In this document: positions 11,253 to 21,396 of the stretch, piece by piece
Numbering within the stretch: position 1 is the stretch's first letter
Layout of the letters: each line of letters opens with the position of its first letter
From: Escherichia coli 042
GTDB lineage: Bacteria > Pseudomonadota > Gammaproteobacteria > Enterobacterales > Enterobacteriaceae
Assembly (NCBI RefSeq): GCF_000027125.1
Contig: NC_017626.1
DNA: 64,000 nucleotides
Reading direction: 5' to 3' (one strand)
Program-made: the position numbers and the translations under genes
The notes under the pieces: model-generated
Told to the model about the DNA's origin: nothing
Database searches by the model: none
What the model saw: only the letters and a program-made list of their open reading frames with translations

Positions 11253-11337
11253 ATCTTACTCACTGGCTTGACGGCACCACACAGACTTATATCATTTGGA
11301 TGAATCGATAAATTTCACAAGTGGCTAAGGAGAAAGT

Positions 11338-11571
11338 ATGTCGCATCTGGATGAAGTCATCGCGCGCGTGGATGCCGCGATTGAAGAGAGCGTCATTGCC
11401 CATATGAACGAATTATTAATCGCCCTGAGCGATGACGCGGAGTTAAGTCGGGAAGATCGCTATACCCAGCAGCAGCGTTTGCGCACCGCTATTGCTCATC
11501 ATGGTCGCAAGCATAAAGAAGATATGGAAGCGCGCCACGAACAGTTAACCAAAGGCGGTACCATCCTCTGA
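11338..11571 (+). CDS. ydcY: Uncharacterised protein YdcY
   Basis: 77 aa ORF, conserved position between ortT and ydcZ. Confidence 0.8.
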   Translation: MSHLDEVIARVDAAIEESVIAHMNELLIALSDDAELSREDRYTQQQRLRTAIAHHGRKHKEDMEARHEQLTKGGTIL

Positions 11572-12021
11572 TTAAAATGAGCGTCTGGCCACCAGCCAGG
11601 CGCCAACCACAAGTAAAATTGCGCCACAAATTGGGCCGATCAACGCCCGAAGTGGTACGCCATGGCTGCGGAAGATATCCAGCACCAGACCGCCAATCAG
11701 CTGGCTGGCGACCAGTACTGCAATAGTTGTTGCCGCTCCCACATTCTGATATCCGCTGATACTGGCGAAGACAAAAAACGATCCAAGCAAGCCAGGTATA
11801 AGTGTCCACCAGCGCACGCTGGACACCAGTTCACCAAACCCCTCCATACCTTGTTTAAACCACAAAATAGAAACGAACAGCACAATTCCTACCAAAGAGT
11901 TCAGCAACATGGCGATGAGAATGGTAGAGGAGCTCTGGGTGATGCGCACCATCAGCGTGTTTTGCACCACCAGACCAATTCCGGCGGCAATCAAAAAAGC
12001 AAGGGTAAGCGACTGATTCAT
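11572..12021 (-). CDS. ydcZ: Inner membrane protein YdcZ (DMT-like)
   Basis: 149 aa, four predicted TM helices. Confidence 0.85.
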   Translation of the reverse strand: MNQSLTLAFLIAAGIGLVVQNTLMVRITQSSSTILIAMLLNSLVGIVLFVSILWFKQGMEGFGELVSSVRWWTLIPGLLGSFFVFASISGYQNVGAATTIAVLVASQLIGGLVLDIFRSHGVPLRALIGPICGAILLVVGAWLVARRSF

Positions 12022-12536
12022 CCAATCGCGTCCGGTTCAGTGCGCTCGTCGAGTTGCAACTGCATAAATGTCAGATCCAGCCAGCGCCCAAATTTAGTGC
12101 CTACCTGCGGCATTTGCGCGGTGACGACAAATCCCAGCGACTGGTGGAGATGCAGCGAAGCCTGATTTTGCGATTCGATCCCCGCGACCATGACATGCTT
12201 CCCGCAATCCCGCGCTTCATCAATCAATCGGCTTAACAATTTACGCCCCAGACCTTTGCCCTGATGATCGGGATGGACATAAACCGAATGTTCCACGGTA
12301 TGGCGAAAACCATCGAAACTACGCCAGTCGCCAAACGAGGCATATCCTGTAACGACGCCATCTTCTTCACTCACCAGCACCGGATAACCTGCTATGGTCC
12401 GCGCTTCAAACCAGGCAATGCGGTTATCTGCATCCACCGTTTGGTCATTCCAGATAGCCGCCGTATACAACACGGCGTGGTTATAAATTTCCGCAATGGC
12501 AGCACAGTCGGCTTTGCGGGCAAAACGGATGGACAT
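12018..12536 (-). CDS. mnaT: GNAT-family L-amino acid N-acyltransferase
   Basis: 172 aa GNAT fold (acetyl-CoA motif QGKGLGRKLL); overlaps ydcZ start by 4 nt. Confidence 0.85.
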   Translation of the reverse strand: MSIRFARKADCAAIAEIYNHAVLYTAAIWNDQTVDADNRIAWFEARTIAGYPVLVSEEDGVVTGYASFGDWRSFDGFRHTVEHSVYVHPDHQGKGLGRKLLSRLIDEARDCGKHVMVAGIESQNQASLHLHQSLGFVVTAQMPQVGTKFGRWLDLTFMQLQLDERTEPDAIG

Positions 12537-12716
12537 GTCTGGCCTCGATTAAATAATGATGATGACGTTATCAATACTATCGAAAACAGCCCGAAGCAAC
12601 GGATTCCTCGATGAAATTATTGCGTGTTGCAGAGGGGATGTGACGGCTGCAAACAAAACCAATCCCGTGAGCCTGCTACTATTGATCGATTCATGCCAAA
12701 AGCACAGGAGAGCATT

Positions 12717-13754
12717 ATGGGGCAACAAAAACAGCGTAATCGACGTTGGGTTCTGGCCTCGCGTCCGCATGGCGCGCCGGTTCCGGAGAATTTCCGTCTT
12801 GAAGAAGATGATATCGCCACACCGGGTGAGGGACAGGTGTTACTGCGCACAGTTTATTTGTCACTGGACCCGTATATGCGTGGACGTATGAGCGATGAGC
12901 CATCTTATTCACCGCCGGTTGATATTGGCGGCGTGATGGTCGGCGGCACGGTGAGCCGTGTCGTGGAGTCGAATCATCCTGATTATCAGCCTGGCGACTG
13001 GGTGCTGGGCTACAGTGGATGGCAGGACTATGACATATCCAGTGGTGATGATCTGGTGAAACTTGGCGATCATCCGCAAAATCCATCGTGGTCGCTGGGT
13101 GTGCTGGGGATGCCAGGCTTTACCGCTTATATGGGGCTGCTGGATATCGGTCAGCCCAAAGAGGGCGAAACGCTGGTGGTAGCTGCGGCGACAGGACCAG
13201 TGGGGGCGACGGTGGGTCAAATCGGCAAACTTAAAGGTTGCAGGGTGGTGGGGATAGCCGGTGGCGCGGAAAAATGCCGCCATGCTACCGAGGTGTTAGG
13301 CTTTGATGTTTGTCTTGACCATCACGCGGATGATTTTGCCGAACAACTGGCGAAAGCGTGCCCAAAAGGCGTTGATATCTATTATGAAAACGTGGGCGGT
13401 AAAGTATTTGATGCGGTGCTACCGTTACTTAATACATCTGCGCGCATTCCCGTCTGCGGCTTAGTGAGCAGCTATAACGCTACAGAGCTACCACCCGGCC
13501 CGGATCGTTTACCTCTGCTGATGGCTACGGTGCTGAAAAAACGTATTCGCTTGCAAGGATTTATTATCGCTCAGGATTATGGTCACCGCATCCATGAGTT
13601 TCAGAAGGAGATGGGGCAATGGGTGAAAGAGGATAAAATCCACTACCGCGAAGAAATTACTGACGGTTTAGAGAATGCGCCACAGACATTTATCGGCCTG
13701 CTGAAGGGTAAAAACTTCGGCAAAGTGGTGATCCGCGTGGCGGGTGATGATTAA
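12717..13754 (+). CDS. curA: NADPH-dependent curcumin/dihydrocurcumin reductase (MDR superfamily)
   Basis: 345 aa from ATG at 12717 (track begins at an upstream ATG); Rossmann motif AAATGPVGATVGQ. Confidence 0.85.
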   Translation: MGQQKQRNRRWVLASRPHGAPVPENFRLEEDDIATPGEGQVLLRTVYLSLDPYMRGRMSDEPSYSPPVDIGGVMVGGTVSRVVESNHPDYQPGDWVLGYSGWQDYDISSGDDLVKLGDHPQNPSWSLGVLGMPGFTAYMGLLDIGQPKEGETLVVAAATGPVGATVGQIGKLKGCRVVGIAGGAEKCRHATEVLGFDVCLDHHADDFAEQLAKACPKGVDIYYENVGGKVFDAVLPLLNTSARIPVCGLVSSYNATELPPGPDRLPLLMATVLKKRIRLQGFIIAQDYGHRIHEFQKEMGQWVKEDKIHYREEITDGLENAPQTFIGLLKGKNFGKVVIRVAGDD

Positions 13755-13951
13755 AGATACGACGGCGGCGTAAGCCGCCATAAAAATCCAGGCAAAAAGC
13801 TTATTTTCAGCTTTAATTAACTAACCACGTCATTGTTCTGCTGCTAATAACAACAAAGGTGAGTGGTTTATGATTATTCACTTTAATACCCCAGGTGAAC
13901 TCCTTCTGCCATGCAGGCAGGGTTGGACAGAAAACACGCGAAGGAATTAAA

Positions 13952-14617
13952 ATGCCTGGAACGGAAAAAATGAAACATGTCAGTTTGACTCTGCAGGTTG
14001 AGAATGACCTGAAACATCAGCTTAGTATTGGCGCACTAAAACCTGGCGCACGCCTGATTACTAAAAATCTGGCGGAGCAATTAGGTATGAGTATTACACC
14101 TGTGCGTGAAGCATTATTACGTCTGGTTTCGGTGAATGCGCTTTCTGTCGCACCAGCGCAAGCATTTACAGTTCCGGAAGTGGGGAAACGTCAATTAGAC
14201 GAAATCAATCGGATCCGCTACGAGCTGGAATTAATGGCAGTTACTCTGGCTGTTGAAAACCTCACCCCGCAAGACCTGGCGGAACTCGAGGAATTGCTCG
14301 AGAAATTACAGCAGGCGCAAGAAAAGGGCGACATGGAACAAATCATTAATGCGAACAGGCTATTTCGCTTAGCGATTTATCATCGTTCAAATATGCCCAT
14401 CCTGTGTGAGATGATTGAGCAACTGTGGGTCAGGATGGGACCTGGTTTACATTATCTCTATGAAGCGATTAATCCAGCGGAATTACGGGAGCGTATAGAA
14501 AACTATCGTCTATTACTCGCCGCGTTAAAAGCAAAAGACAAAGAGGGATGCAGACATTGTCTTGCTGAAATTATGCAACAAAATATTGCTATTTTATACC
14601 AGCAATACAATCGTTAA
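13952..14617 (+). CDS. mcbR: GntR/FadR-family transcriptional regulator
   Basis: 221 aa from internal ATG; N-terminal GntR HTH. Confidence 0.85.
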   Translation: MPGTEKMKHVSLTLQVENDLKHQLSIGALKPGARLITKNLAEQLGMSITPVREALLRLVSVNALSVAPAQAFTVPEVGKRQLDEINRIRYELELMAVTLAVENLTPQDLAELEELLEKLQQAQEKGDMEQIINANRLFRLAIYHRSNMPILCEMIEQLWVRMGPGLHYLYEAINPAELRERIENYRLLLAALKAKDKEGCRHCLAEIMQQNIAILYQQYNR

Positions 14618-14620
14618 AGT

Positions 14621-14643
14621 AAATGCCCGGCAAATACCGGGCA
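14621..14643. terminator. Hairpin between convergent mcbR and yncD
   Basis: GCCCGG-CAAATA-CCGGGC stem-loop; T-rich flank on the yncD strand. Confidence 0.5.
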
Positions 14644-14652
14644 TCAAGGTAA

Positions 14653-16755
14653 TTACTCAAATCGCCATGCAATATTCATGCCGACACCATAATTTCGCCC
14701 GGGCGCAGGTTCGTAATATCGCCCGTTTGACTCATTGACAATGACAGAACCAACGTATTCTTTATCGAATAAATTATCGACACGACCAAATAAATCCACA
14801 GTTAAATTGTGGTAATTGTATTTATACCCGGTGAATAAGCCGACGAGAGTATAAGACGGCGCTTTGGCCGTATTTTCATCATCTGCCATAATATCGCCCA
14901 TATAACGCGCTTCCGTACCTGCATACCAGCCATCCTCCGGTACATAACCTATCGACGCAAAGCCCATATTACGGGCGATCCCTGGCATCCGATTACCGTT
15001 ACAATCCTGTTCATTGCAAACATTGCTGCGATAGGTCGCATCGAGCCAGGTCCAGGACGCTTTTACACGAAAATCTCCCGCGAAACGTTGATCCCATGCC
15101 AGCTCAGCGCCTTGACGACGGGTCTTTCCGGCATTTTTGTAAGTCGTACGCCCACCGCTACTGCTATCGACAACAATTTCATCATCGGTGTCGGTCTGGA
15201 ACAATGCGAGACTAAGCAGCCCATCACCAATACGCGTTTTACTGCCGATCTCAATTGTATCGTTGGTGGATGGTTTTAAACCAAAGTTCATACCGCTTTG
15301 ACCGTCAGCACGATAAGACAGCTCATTAATCGTCGGCGTTTCAAAACCTCGCCCGGCTGCCAGATAGATATTCCAGGCATCGGTCATTGCATATTTTAAC
15401 GAACCGGCAGGTAGCCATTTGTGATAACTGGCATCACCGCTGTCATCGCCGTTACCCGGAGTAACGTAATGGTCGTTGGAATCAAACCATACGGAGCTGT
15501 AGCGCACGCCAGCATCCAGCGACAGTTTTTCGCTCAGCTGCCACTGTGTCTGCAAATAGGGATCGACGTTCCACATCAGATTGCGTTCGTCACGGCGCAA
15601 CTCACCTTTTTGCCCGTATTCCGGCACGCCGCTATTCAGGCGGAAGTTATTGTAGCCTTTGCGATTTTCACTCATGTTTTCGTAGTTCAGGCCGGTAGTG
15701 AACGTGAGCGGAACGCCCAGCTCGCCACGGTGTGTCCAGCGGCTGTCTATCCCCTGATAATGGCGTTGCAGAGTAATCACGCCGCCCGCATGCGACGGGT
15801 TAAGTTGTGGTGCCATCGGGATTGACTGGTACTGGGTCGTTTCTCGCTCCCCGGCATACATCATCACACTCATATCATCTTGTGCGCTCAGGCTACGTTC
15901 ATAGCGCAACCCAGCCTGAGTTTGCTTGATGGTTTTTCGCGTGTCGTACTGTTCAGCGCGTGGCGCTTGTTGCGGATTCGCCTTCCATTCTGCTTCGGTT
16001 AGCCCACCTGGGTCATCTGCTTTGATATCCACACTATTGAAAATCAGGCTTAATTTGCTGGCGTCATCAATGCGTACGCCCAGTTTGGCATTGGCTAAAT
16101 TTTTCTGTGCGCCACTATGATCACGATAGCCGTGGGTCGTAAAGCGCGTGGTTGAGACGGTGTAATCGACATCGCCAGGCTGAGTGCCGTCGCCCATTGC
16201 GCCTGTTGCTTTCAGCCCATAGCGCCAGCTGCCAAAACTGCCGTAGTAACTACTGGCTTCAATGGTTGGTGGCTGTTGTCCGGTCTGGGTGATGACATTC
16301 ATTACACCGCCAGACGCGTTGCCATACAGAGCAGAGAAGGGGCCGCGCAGCACTTCCACATTTTGTACACTGCTTAAATCGATGTTGGATGTTTGCCCTT
16401 GTCCGTCGGGCATGGTGGCGGGAATACCGTCCACATACAGGCGAATACCGCGAATTCCGTAAGTGGAGCGGGAGCCAAATCCGCGAATCGACAGCTGTAA
16501 ATCTTGCGCATAGTTCTGCCGGTTTTGTACCTGCAAACCAGGCACGCTGGTCAGTGATTCGGACAAGTTAATGCGCGGTGTTGCCAGGCGCATCTCCTCG
16601 CCATCCACCACGCTCACGGCTGCTGGGGTATCCAGTTCTGAAACCACCTGCGGCGTGGCACTGACAATCATGGTCTGTTCATCAGCGGCAAAAACAACAG
16701 GGGAAAGGACAAGCAGTGCGGGCAAAACGGTCTGTCGGACGGAAAAAATCTTCAT
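14653..16755 (-). CDS. yncD: TonB-dependent outer-membrane receptor
   Basis: 700 aa from ATG at 16755 with signal peptide; ends in RFE; track ORF is N-terminally over-extended. Confidence 0.9.
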   Translation of the reverse strand: MKIFSVRQTVLPALLVLSPVVFAADEQTMIVSATPQVVSELDTPAAVSVVDGEEMRLATPRINLSESLTSVPGLQVQNRQNYAQDLQLSIRGFGSRSTYGIRGIRLYVDGIPATMPDGQGQTSNIDLSSVQNVEVLRGPFSALYGNASGGVMNVITQTGQQPPTIEASSYYGSFGSWRYGLKATGAMGDGTQPGDVDYTVSTTRFTTHGYRDHSGAQKNLANAKLGVRIDDASKLSLIFNSVDIKADDPGGLTEAEWKANPQQAPRAEQYDTRKTIKQTQAGLRYERSLSAQDDMSVMMYAGERETTQYQSIPMAPQLNPSHAGGVITLQRHYQGIDSRWTHRGELGVPLTFTTGLNYENMSENRKGYNNFRLNSGVPEYGQKGELRRDERNLMWNVDPYLQTQWQLSEKLSLDAGVRYSSVWFDSNDHYVTPGNGDDSGDASYHKWLPAGSLKYAMTDAWNIYLAAGRGFETPTINELSYRADGQSGMNFGLKPSTNDTIEIGSKTRIGDGLLSLALFQTDTDDEIVVDSSSGGRTTYKNAGKTRRQGAELAWDQRFAGDFRVKASWTWLDATYRSNVCNEQDCNGNRMPGIARNMGFASIGYVPEDGWYAGTEARYMGDIMADDENTAKAPSYTLVGLFTGYKYNYHNLTVDLFGRVDNLFDKEYVGSVIVNESNGRYYEPAPGRNYGVGMNIAWRFE

Positions 16756-16996
16756 GAAAAAAGCCAGGTTAAGAATGGGAAAACGCCGCCATGGTAATAA
16801 AATTGTAAATATATGGAAAACGAAACGGCACGATACGTTAAGTAATTGAGAAAATTGTAGTCGTAACGGCAAGAAATGCTCCACATTTGAGAAAATAATG
16901 ATTACCATTCCCATTTATAACAAGAGCGTAACGATGATTACGCTTAGCGAAGCATTGTGAAGCAGCAAAAATATCGGTTCATCAAAGGGAGTCGTC

Positions 16997-18058
16997 ATGC
17001 ATTTACGTCATCTGTTTTCATCGCGCCTGCGTGGTTCATTACTGTTAGGTTCATTGCTTGTTGCTTCATCATTCAGCACGCAGGCTGCAGAAGAAATGCT
17101 GCGTAAAGCGGTAGGTAAAGGTGCCTACGAAATGGCTTATAGCCAGCAGGAGAACGCGCTGTGGCTCGCCACTTCGCAAAGCCGCAAACTGGATAAAGGC
17201 GGCGTGGTTTATCGTCTTGATCCGGTTACTCTGGAAGTGACGCAGGCGATCCATAACGATCTCAAGCCGTTTGGTGCCACCATCAATAACACGACTCAGA
17301 CGTTGTGGTTTGGTAACACTGTAAACAGCGCGGTCACGGCGATAGATGCCAAAACGGGCGAAGTGAAAGGCCGTCTGGTGCTGGATGATCGTAAGCGCAC
17401 GGAAGAGGTGCGCCCGCTGCAACCGCGTGAGCTGGTAGCTGATGATGCCACGAACACCGTTTACATCAGTGGTATTGGTAAAGAGAGCGTGATTTGGGTC
17501 GTTGATGGCGAGAATATCAAACTGAAAACCGCCATCCAGAACACCGGTAAAATGAGTACCGGTCTGGCGCTGGATAGCAAAGGCAAACGTCTTTACACCA
17601 CTAACGCTGACGGCGAATTGATTACCATCGACACCGCCGACAATAAAATCCTCAGCCGTAAAAAGCTGCTGGATGACGGCAAAGAGCACTTCTTTATCAA
17701 CATTAGCCTTGATACCGCCAGGCAGCGTGCATTTATCACCGATTCTAAAGCCGCAGAAGTGTTAGTGGTCGATACCCGTAATGGCAATATTCTGGCGAAG
17801 GTTGCGGCACCGGAATCACTGGCTGTGCTGTTTAACCCGGCGCGTAATGAAGCCTACGTAACGCATCGTCAGGCAGGTAAAGTCAGTGTGATTGACGCGA
17901 AAAGCTATAAAGTGGTGAAAACGTTCGATACGCCGACTCATCCGAACAGCCTGGCGCTGTCTGCCGATGGCAAAACGCTGTATGTCAGTGTGAAACAAAA
18001 ATCCACTAAACAGCAGGAAGCTACCCAGCCGGACGATGTGATTCGTATTGCGCTGTAA
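16997..18058 (+). CDS. yncE: Beta-propeller protein YncE (secreted)
   Basis: 353 aa with signal peptide and repeated propeller blades. Confidence 0.9.
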   Translation: MHLRHLFSSRLRGSLLLGSLLVASSFSTQAAEEMLRKAVGKGAYEMAYSQQENALWLATSQSRKLDKGGVVYRLDPVTLEVTQAIHNDLKPFGATINNTTQTLWFGNTVNSAVTAIDAKTGEVKGRLVLDDRKRTEEVRPLQPRELVADDATNTVYISGIGKESVIWVVDGENIKLKTAIQNTGKMSTGLALDSKGKRLYTTNADGELITIDTADNKILSRKKLLDDGKEHFFINISLDTARQRAFITDSKAAEVLVVDTRNGNILAKVAAPESLAVLFNPARNEAYVTHRQAGKVSVIDAKSYKVVKTFDTPTHPNSLALSADGKTLYVSVKQKSTKQQEATQPDDVIRIAL

Positions 18059-18141
18059 TAGATATGGCGAGGGTGAAAACGGAGAGACTTGCCTGACTTT
18101 TATCACGCCGTATCCGGTACCTTCGTCAGTAATTTGAATTT

Positions 18142-18160
18142 GCCCGGCACGTAGCCGGGC
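18142..18160. terminator. Hairpin between convergent yncE and ansP
   Basis: GCCCGGC-ACGTA-GCCGGGC followed by AATTTTG. Confidence 0.5.
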
Positions 18161-18170
18161 AATTTTGCAA

Positions 18171-19670
18171 TTAACTCGCCGTTTCAGGCTTAAACACAAT
18201 TTCCTGTTGTTCTTCATCTTCCTCGACGACTGGCGCAGTGCTGTGAATTTCAGCAACGCGTTTGCGCACACCAAACCAGCCTATAACCAGCAGAATACCG
18301 ATAATCGGCAGCGCCGCGATGGTATAAGTCCCGTTCGGGTAATCGAACGCCATCAGCACGAGGACGCTCAGCAAAAACAGTAATGTCAGCCAGGAAGTGA
18401 AGGGCGCGCCAGGCAGTTTAAAACTCACATCCGCGGCTTTGCCTTCTTTAATCGCTTTACGCAGGCGCATCTGGCACACGATGATAAACGCCCATGAGGC
18501 GATGATTCCCAGCGACGCGAAGTTCAACACAATCTCAAATACGCGCGACGGCACCAGATAGTTGAGGAATACGCCGACGACATACACAACCAGTGTCGCC
18601 AGAATCCCGGCATACGGCACATGCTGACGACTCATTTTCGCCATAAAACTCGGTGCGGAACCGCCCATCGCCATTGAGCGCAGAATACGTCCGGTGCAGT
18701 ACAGACCTGAGTTCAGGCTGGAGAGGGCAGCGGTCAGCACCACAATGTTCATAATGCTGCCGATATATGGCACACCCAGTTTAGAGAAAAACGTCACGAA
18801 CGGACTTTGCCCCGCCTGATATGCGCTCCACGGCAATAACATAACCAGCAACACCACGGAGCCGACGTAAAACAGGCCAATACGCCAAATCACACTGTTA
18901 ATCGCTTTAGGCACCATGGTCTGCGGATCTTTACATTCTCCGGCAGCTGTACCCACCATTTCAATGGAGGCAAAAGCAAACACTACGCCCTGAATCAACA
19001 CCAGCGCAGGCAGCAAACCGTGGGGGAAGAAGCCGCCATTATCGGTAATTAAATGAAAACCAGTGGTGTTGCCATCCAGCGGCTGACCACTACCGAGGAA
19101 CACTGTACCCACGACCAAAAAGGTCACAATGGCGAGCACTTTAATAAGCGCAAACCAGAACTCCATCTCGGCAAACCATTTCACACCGATCATATTCATG
19201 GTGCCAACGATGGTCAGCGCAGCGAGCGCAAAGACCCACTGCGGCACGCCGCCAAACGCACCCCAGTAATGCATATACAGAGCGACGGCGGTAATATCGA
19301 CAATCCCCGTCATCGCCCAGTTGATGAAGTACATCCAGCCTGCAACGTAAGCGGCTTTCTCTCCTAAAAACTCACGGGCATAAGAGACAAAACTGCCACT
19401 GGAAGGGCGGTGTAGCACCAGCTCACCCAATGCACGCAGAATAAAAAATGAAAACAGGCCGCAGATTAAATAGACCAGTGCCAGTGCTGGCCCCGCCATT
19501 TGCAGTCGGGCTCCCGCGCCTAAAAACAAACCCGTACCAATCGCGCCGCCAATGGCGATCATCTGTACCTGGCGATTGCCCATCGCTTTGTGATACCCCT
19601 CTTCGTGGGCATTAAGCCAGCGGCGTTTCGCGGCGTGCTGATCTGAAGTGTCGGTGTCGTGTTTACTCAT
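18171..19670 (-). CDS. ansP: L-asparagine permease (APC family)
   Basis: 499 aa from ATG at 19670; 12-TM amino-acid permease. Confidence 0.9.
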   Translation of the reverse strand: MSKHDTDTSDQHAAKRRWLNAHEEGYHKAMGNRQVQMIAIGGAIGTGLFLGAGARLQMAGPALALVYLICGLFSFFILRALGELVLHRPSSGSFVSYAREFLGEKAAYVAGWMYFINWAMTGIVDITAVALYMHYWGAFGGVPQWVFALAALTIVGTMNMIGVKWFAEMEFWFALIKVLAIVTFLVVGTVFLGSGQPLDGNTTGFHLITDNGGFFPHGLLPALVLIQGVVFAFASIEMVGTAAGECKDPQTMVPKAINSVIWRIGLFYVGSVVLLVMLLPWSAYQAGQSPFVTFFSKLGVPYIGSIMNIVVLTAALSSLNSGLYCTGRILRSMAMGGSAPSFMAKMSRQHVPYAGILATLVVYVVGVFLNYLVPSRVFEIVLNFASLGIIASWAFIIVCQMRLRKAIKEGKAADVSFKLPGAPFTSWLTLLFLLSVLVLMAFDYPNGTYTIAALPIIGILLVIGWFGVRKRVAEIHSTAPVVEEDEEQQEIVFKPETAS

Positions 19671-19936
19671 TGCTCTCCCTGATTGCTTTAATGAAAAAGT
19701 CATATAAGTTGCCATGAACAATGTTTATTCATCCTGGCGATGATAGTTATCACCATTATTCTTTATGGGTATAAAACTATCGGCGCAGCATCCTACCCGT
19801 TATCGATAAACGATGCAAAACATCCCCTTACAATCCTGAAGGGGAATAATACAACTGACGAAAAAATGACAAATCCTTTTGCTGGTTAACCTGTGTACTG
19901 TCCTACACTTAATCTTTAAAAGATTGTGAGGGGCAT

Positions 19937-20554
19937 ATGATTAAGGTGTATGGCGTACCCGGATGGGGCTCTACAATCAGTGAGCTGATGCTAACACTGG
20001 CTGATATTCCTTATCAGTTCGTTGATGTCAGTGGTTTTGACCACGAGGGAACCTCACGCGAGTTATTGAAAACCCTGAACCCGTTGTGTCAGATTCCGAC
20101 ACTGGCGCTGGAAAATGACGAGATTATGACGGAGACAGCGGCGATTGCATTGATGGTTCTCGATCGTCGCCCGGACCTTGCGCCACCGGTTGGGCGCGCC
20201 GAACGTCAGCAGTTTCAACGGCTATTGGTCTGGCTGGTTGCTAATGTCTATCCAACATTCACTTTCGCCGATTACCCTGAGCGTTGGGCTCCTGACGCAC
20301 CCGAACAGTTAAAGAATAATGTTATTGAATATCGTAAATCGCTTTATATCTGGCTGAATTCACAATTGACCGCTGAACCTTATGCCTTTGGCGAGCAACT
20401 AACGCTGGTGGACTGTTATCTCTGCACCATGCGCACATGGGGGCCGGGGCATGAATGGTTTCACGATAATGCGCAGAATATCAGCGCGATCGCTGAAGCT
20501 GTATGTCAGTTACCGAAATTACAAGAAGTATTAAAAAGGAATGTCATTATTTAA
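19937..20554 (+). CDS. yncG: Glutathione S-transferase-like protein
   Basis: 205 aa with GST N- and C-terminal domain pattern. Confidence 0.85.
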   Translation: MIKVYGVPGWGSTISELMLTLADIPYQFVDVSGFDHEGTSRELLKTLNPLCQIPTLALENDEIMTETAAIALMVLDRRPDLAPPVGRAERQQFQRLLVWLVANVYPTFTFADYPERWAPDAPEQLKNNVIEYRKSLYIWLNSQLTAEPYAFGEQLTLVDCYLCTMRTWGPGHEWFHDNAQNISAIAEAVCQLPKLQEVLKRNVII

Positions 20555-21093
20555 CAATAATGCCGGAGGTTAATGTTAATGAATCACTGGCGTAATTAAC
20601 TGGATATCCATTTGTTTGCTATGAATAGTAATTAAAGTTGGTACAACTATTTATATGATTGATGTAATTTCGTTTTTTATATGAAATATCAATTTAATAT
20701 AATCCGAAAATAAAACATCTTTTCGCATGTAGAGAAACATGTCGATATGATAGTGCAGTGCAGATCATGTCATCAGGGTAGGGCGGTAGCGTATTTAATC
20801 AGGGAAAGATTACGCAACGCTGCTTTTTTGTATTGAACGATTCGCATTTTATGTTTAAAAATTGCGATATTCCTTATTTCCTGAAGCTGTTTTTATTGCT
20901 TATACATGATCAAATACTCCTTACATAATTAAGGAGAACAAAATGGAACTTAATACACGCCAACAATTTGTATTACTTAAATAGACCAGTGAAGGTACGC
21001 ATCAGAACATCCGGTGAAGTGATTAATATTTCGTTGAATATTTCTCCCGATTTTTGAAACCTGCTGCTGTAGAAATTCTGAACAGGAGGAATT

Positions 21094-21378
21094 ATGCCTT
21101 TAGCAGCCAAACTCACCGACAAAGGCACCCAGCACGACGGTTATTACGAGACCGTCATCACCGCCGGGTCATCCACCGTCTTTATCGATGGTCTTCCCGC
21201 AGCCCGTCAGGGAGATCCGCTGACGCCGCATGCTAAACCGAAGCATCCCCCTCATCCCCGTAAAATCGCCAGAGGTTCTTCAACCGTCTTTATTGACGGC
21301 CTGCCCGCCGCCAGAAGCGGTGATGCTGTTGACTGCGGCGGCGTGGTTATTGGTGGCGGTACGGTAAATATAGGCTGA
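21094..21378 (+). CDS. PAAR-repeat protein (T6SS spike-tip)
   Basis: 94 aa; duplicated SSTVFIDGLPAAR(Q/S)GD motif typical of PAAR; strong AGGAGG RBS; 18 nt upstream of vgrG. Confidence 0.75.
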   Translation: MPLAAKLTDKGTQHDGYYETVITAGSSTVFIDGLPAARQGDPLTPHAKPKHPPHPRKIARGSSTVFIDGLPAARSGDAVDCGGVVIGGGTVNIG

Positions 21379-21396
21379 TATGTCTGAGAGGTATTT

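Noticed and set aside
20560-21090. Searched for yncH (small gene expected between yncG and the island) and for a promoter upstream of PAAR
   Set aside because: Only a 13-codon ORF (MELNTRQQFVLLK) and AT-rich sequence found; could not support a gene call or promoter by eye.
21054-21236. 60-aa ORF overlapping the PAAR gene in another frame
   Set aside because: Arg/His-rich low-complexity translation of the alternate frame of a well-supported PAAR gene with a strong RBS.
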